NCBI GenBank assembly: GCA_951406725.2
Contig: OX597818.1
Location: 142,104,001-142,168,000, forward strand
Source of the DNA: Octopus vulgaris
Taxonomy: Eukaryota
DNA length: 64,000 nucleotides
Direction: 5' to 3'
Shown here: positions 63,437 through 64,000 of the stretch, piece by piece
Layout: every line of letters begins with the position of its first letter
How positions within the stretch are numbered: position 1 is the stretch's first letter
Position numbers and translations under genes: made by a program
Notes under the pieces: model-generated
Seen by the model: the letters and a program-made list of their open reading frames with translations, nothing else
Told to the model about the DNA's origin: nothing
Database searches by the model: none

Positions 63437-63897
63437 GGAGAAAGGGAAAAGTCCAAAGAAGGAAAAGAAATCACCAACAACATGTATGTATGTGTGTGTG
63501 TGTGTGTGTATACACTTACATCCCCACAAAAATATAAAAAAGATGCAGCAAAGAACCACATGCTGTTAAGCATTATATATATATATATATATATATATCA
63601 CCGTGACCGACCAGACTATCAGATGTTGCTACACATCGCTGGTCACAATGCGCTTTGCATTGTTCTAGCCTTCAAATGACACCACTCCGCTGGCTAAGAG
63701 AGCAGGCCAACAGAAGAAAGAGTGGGAGAAAGTGTGGTGAAAGAGTACAGCAGGGACCGCCACCAACCCCTGCCAGAGCCTCGTGGAGCTTTTAGGTGTT
63801 TTCACTCAATAAACACTCATAACGCCCGGCCTGGGAATCGAAACCGCGATCCTACGACCGCGAGTCCGCTGCCCTAACCACTGGACCATTGCACCTC

Positions 63898-63979
<82 letters not shown>

Positions 63980-64000
63980 TATGTACATATATATATATAT

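Overview
AT-rich, microsatellite- and repeat-dense eukaryotic DNA. The SINE/LINE repertoire and (TA)n/(ATT)n/(CAT)n density suggest an octopus or related cephalopod (inference). Two spliced genes converge. On the + strand are the last five coding exons of a contactin-like gene (final two FN3 domains plus a GPI-anchor-type tail; 2407-12898). On the - strand are the last seven coding exons of an FGD-family RhoGEF gene (end of PH1, FYVE, PH2; 61068 to 41801, including a 34-nt micro-exon). All junctions are GT-AG and phase-compatible. The rest is mostly mobile DNA: a probable solo LTR, a Helitron, a decayed Tc1, mariner fragments, hAT/piggyBac-like/other MITEs, RTE, CR1 and R4/Dong-like LINE ends, and three tRNA-headed SINE groups. 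Most interesting: (i) several (TA)n-associated Penelope-like relics with minimal type I hammerhead ribozyme motifs and long fold-backs; (ii) a 145-bp satellite of three hairpin subunits that appears to grow out of an RTE 3' end; (iii) a 9-unit tandem SINE whose junction equals a microhomology in its own target-site duplication; (iv) a ~4.5-kb tandem duplication with a chimeric core, probably an assembly artefact. Almost all of the provided ORFs are spurious. All alignments and folds were done by eye.
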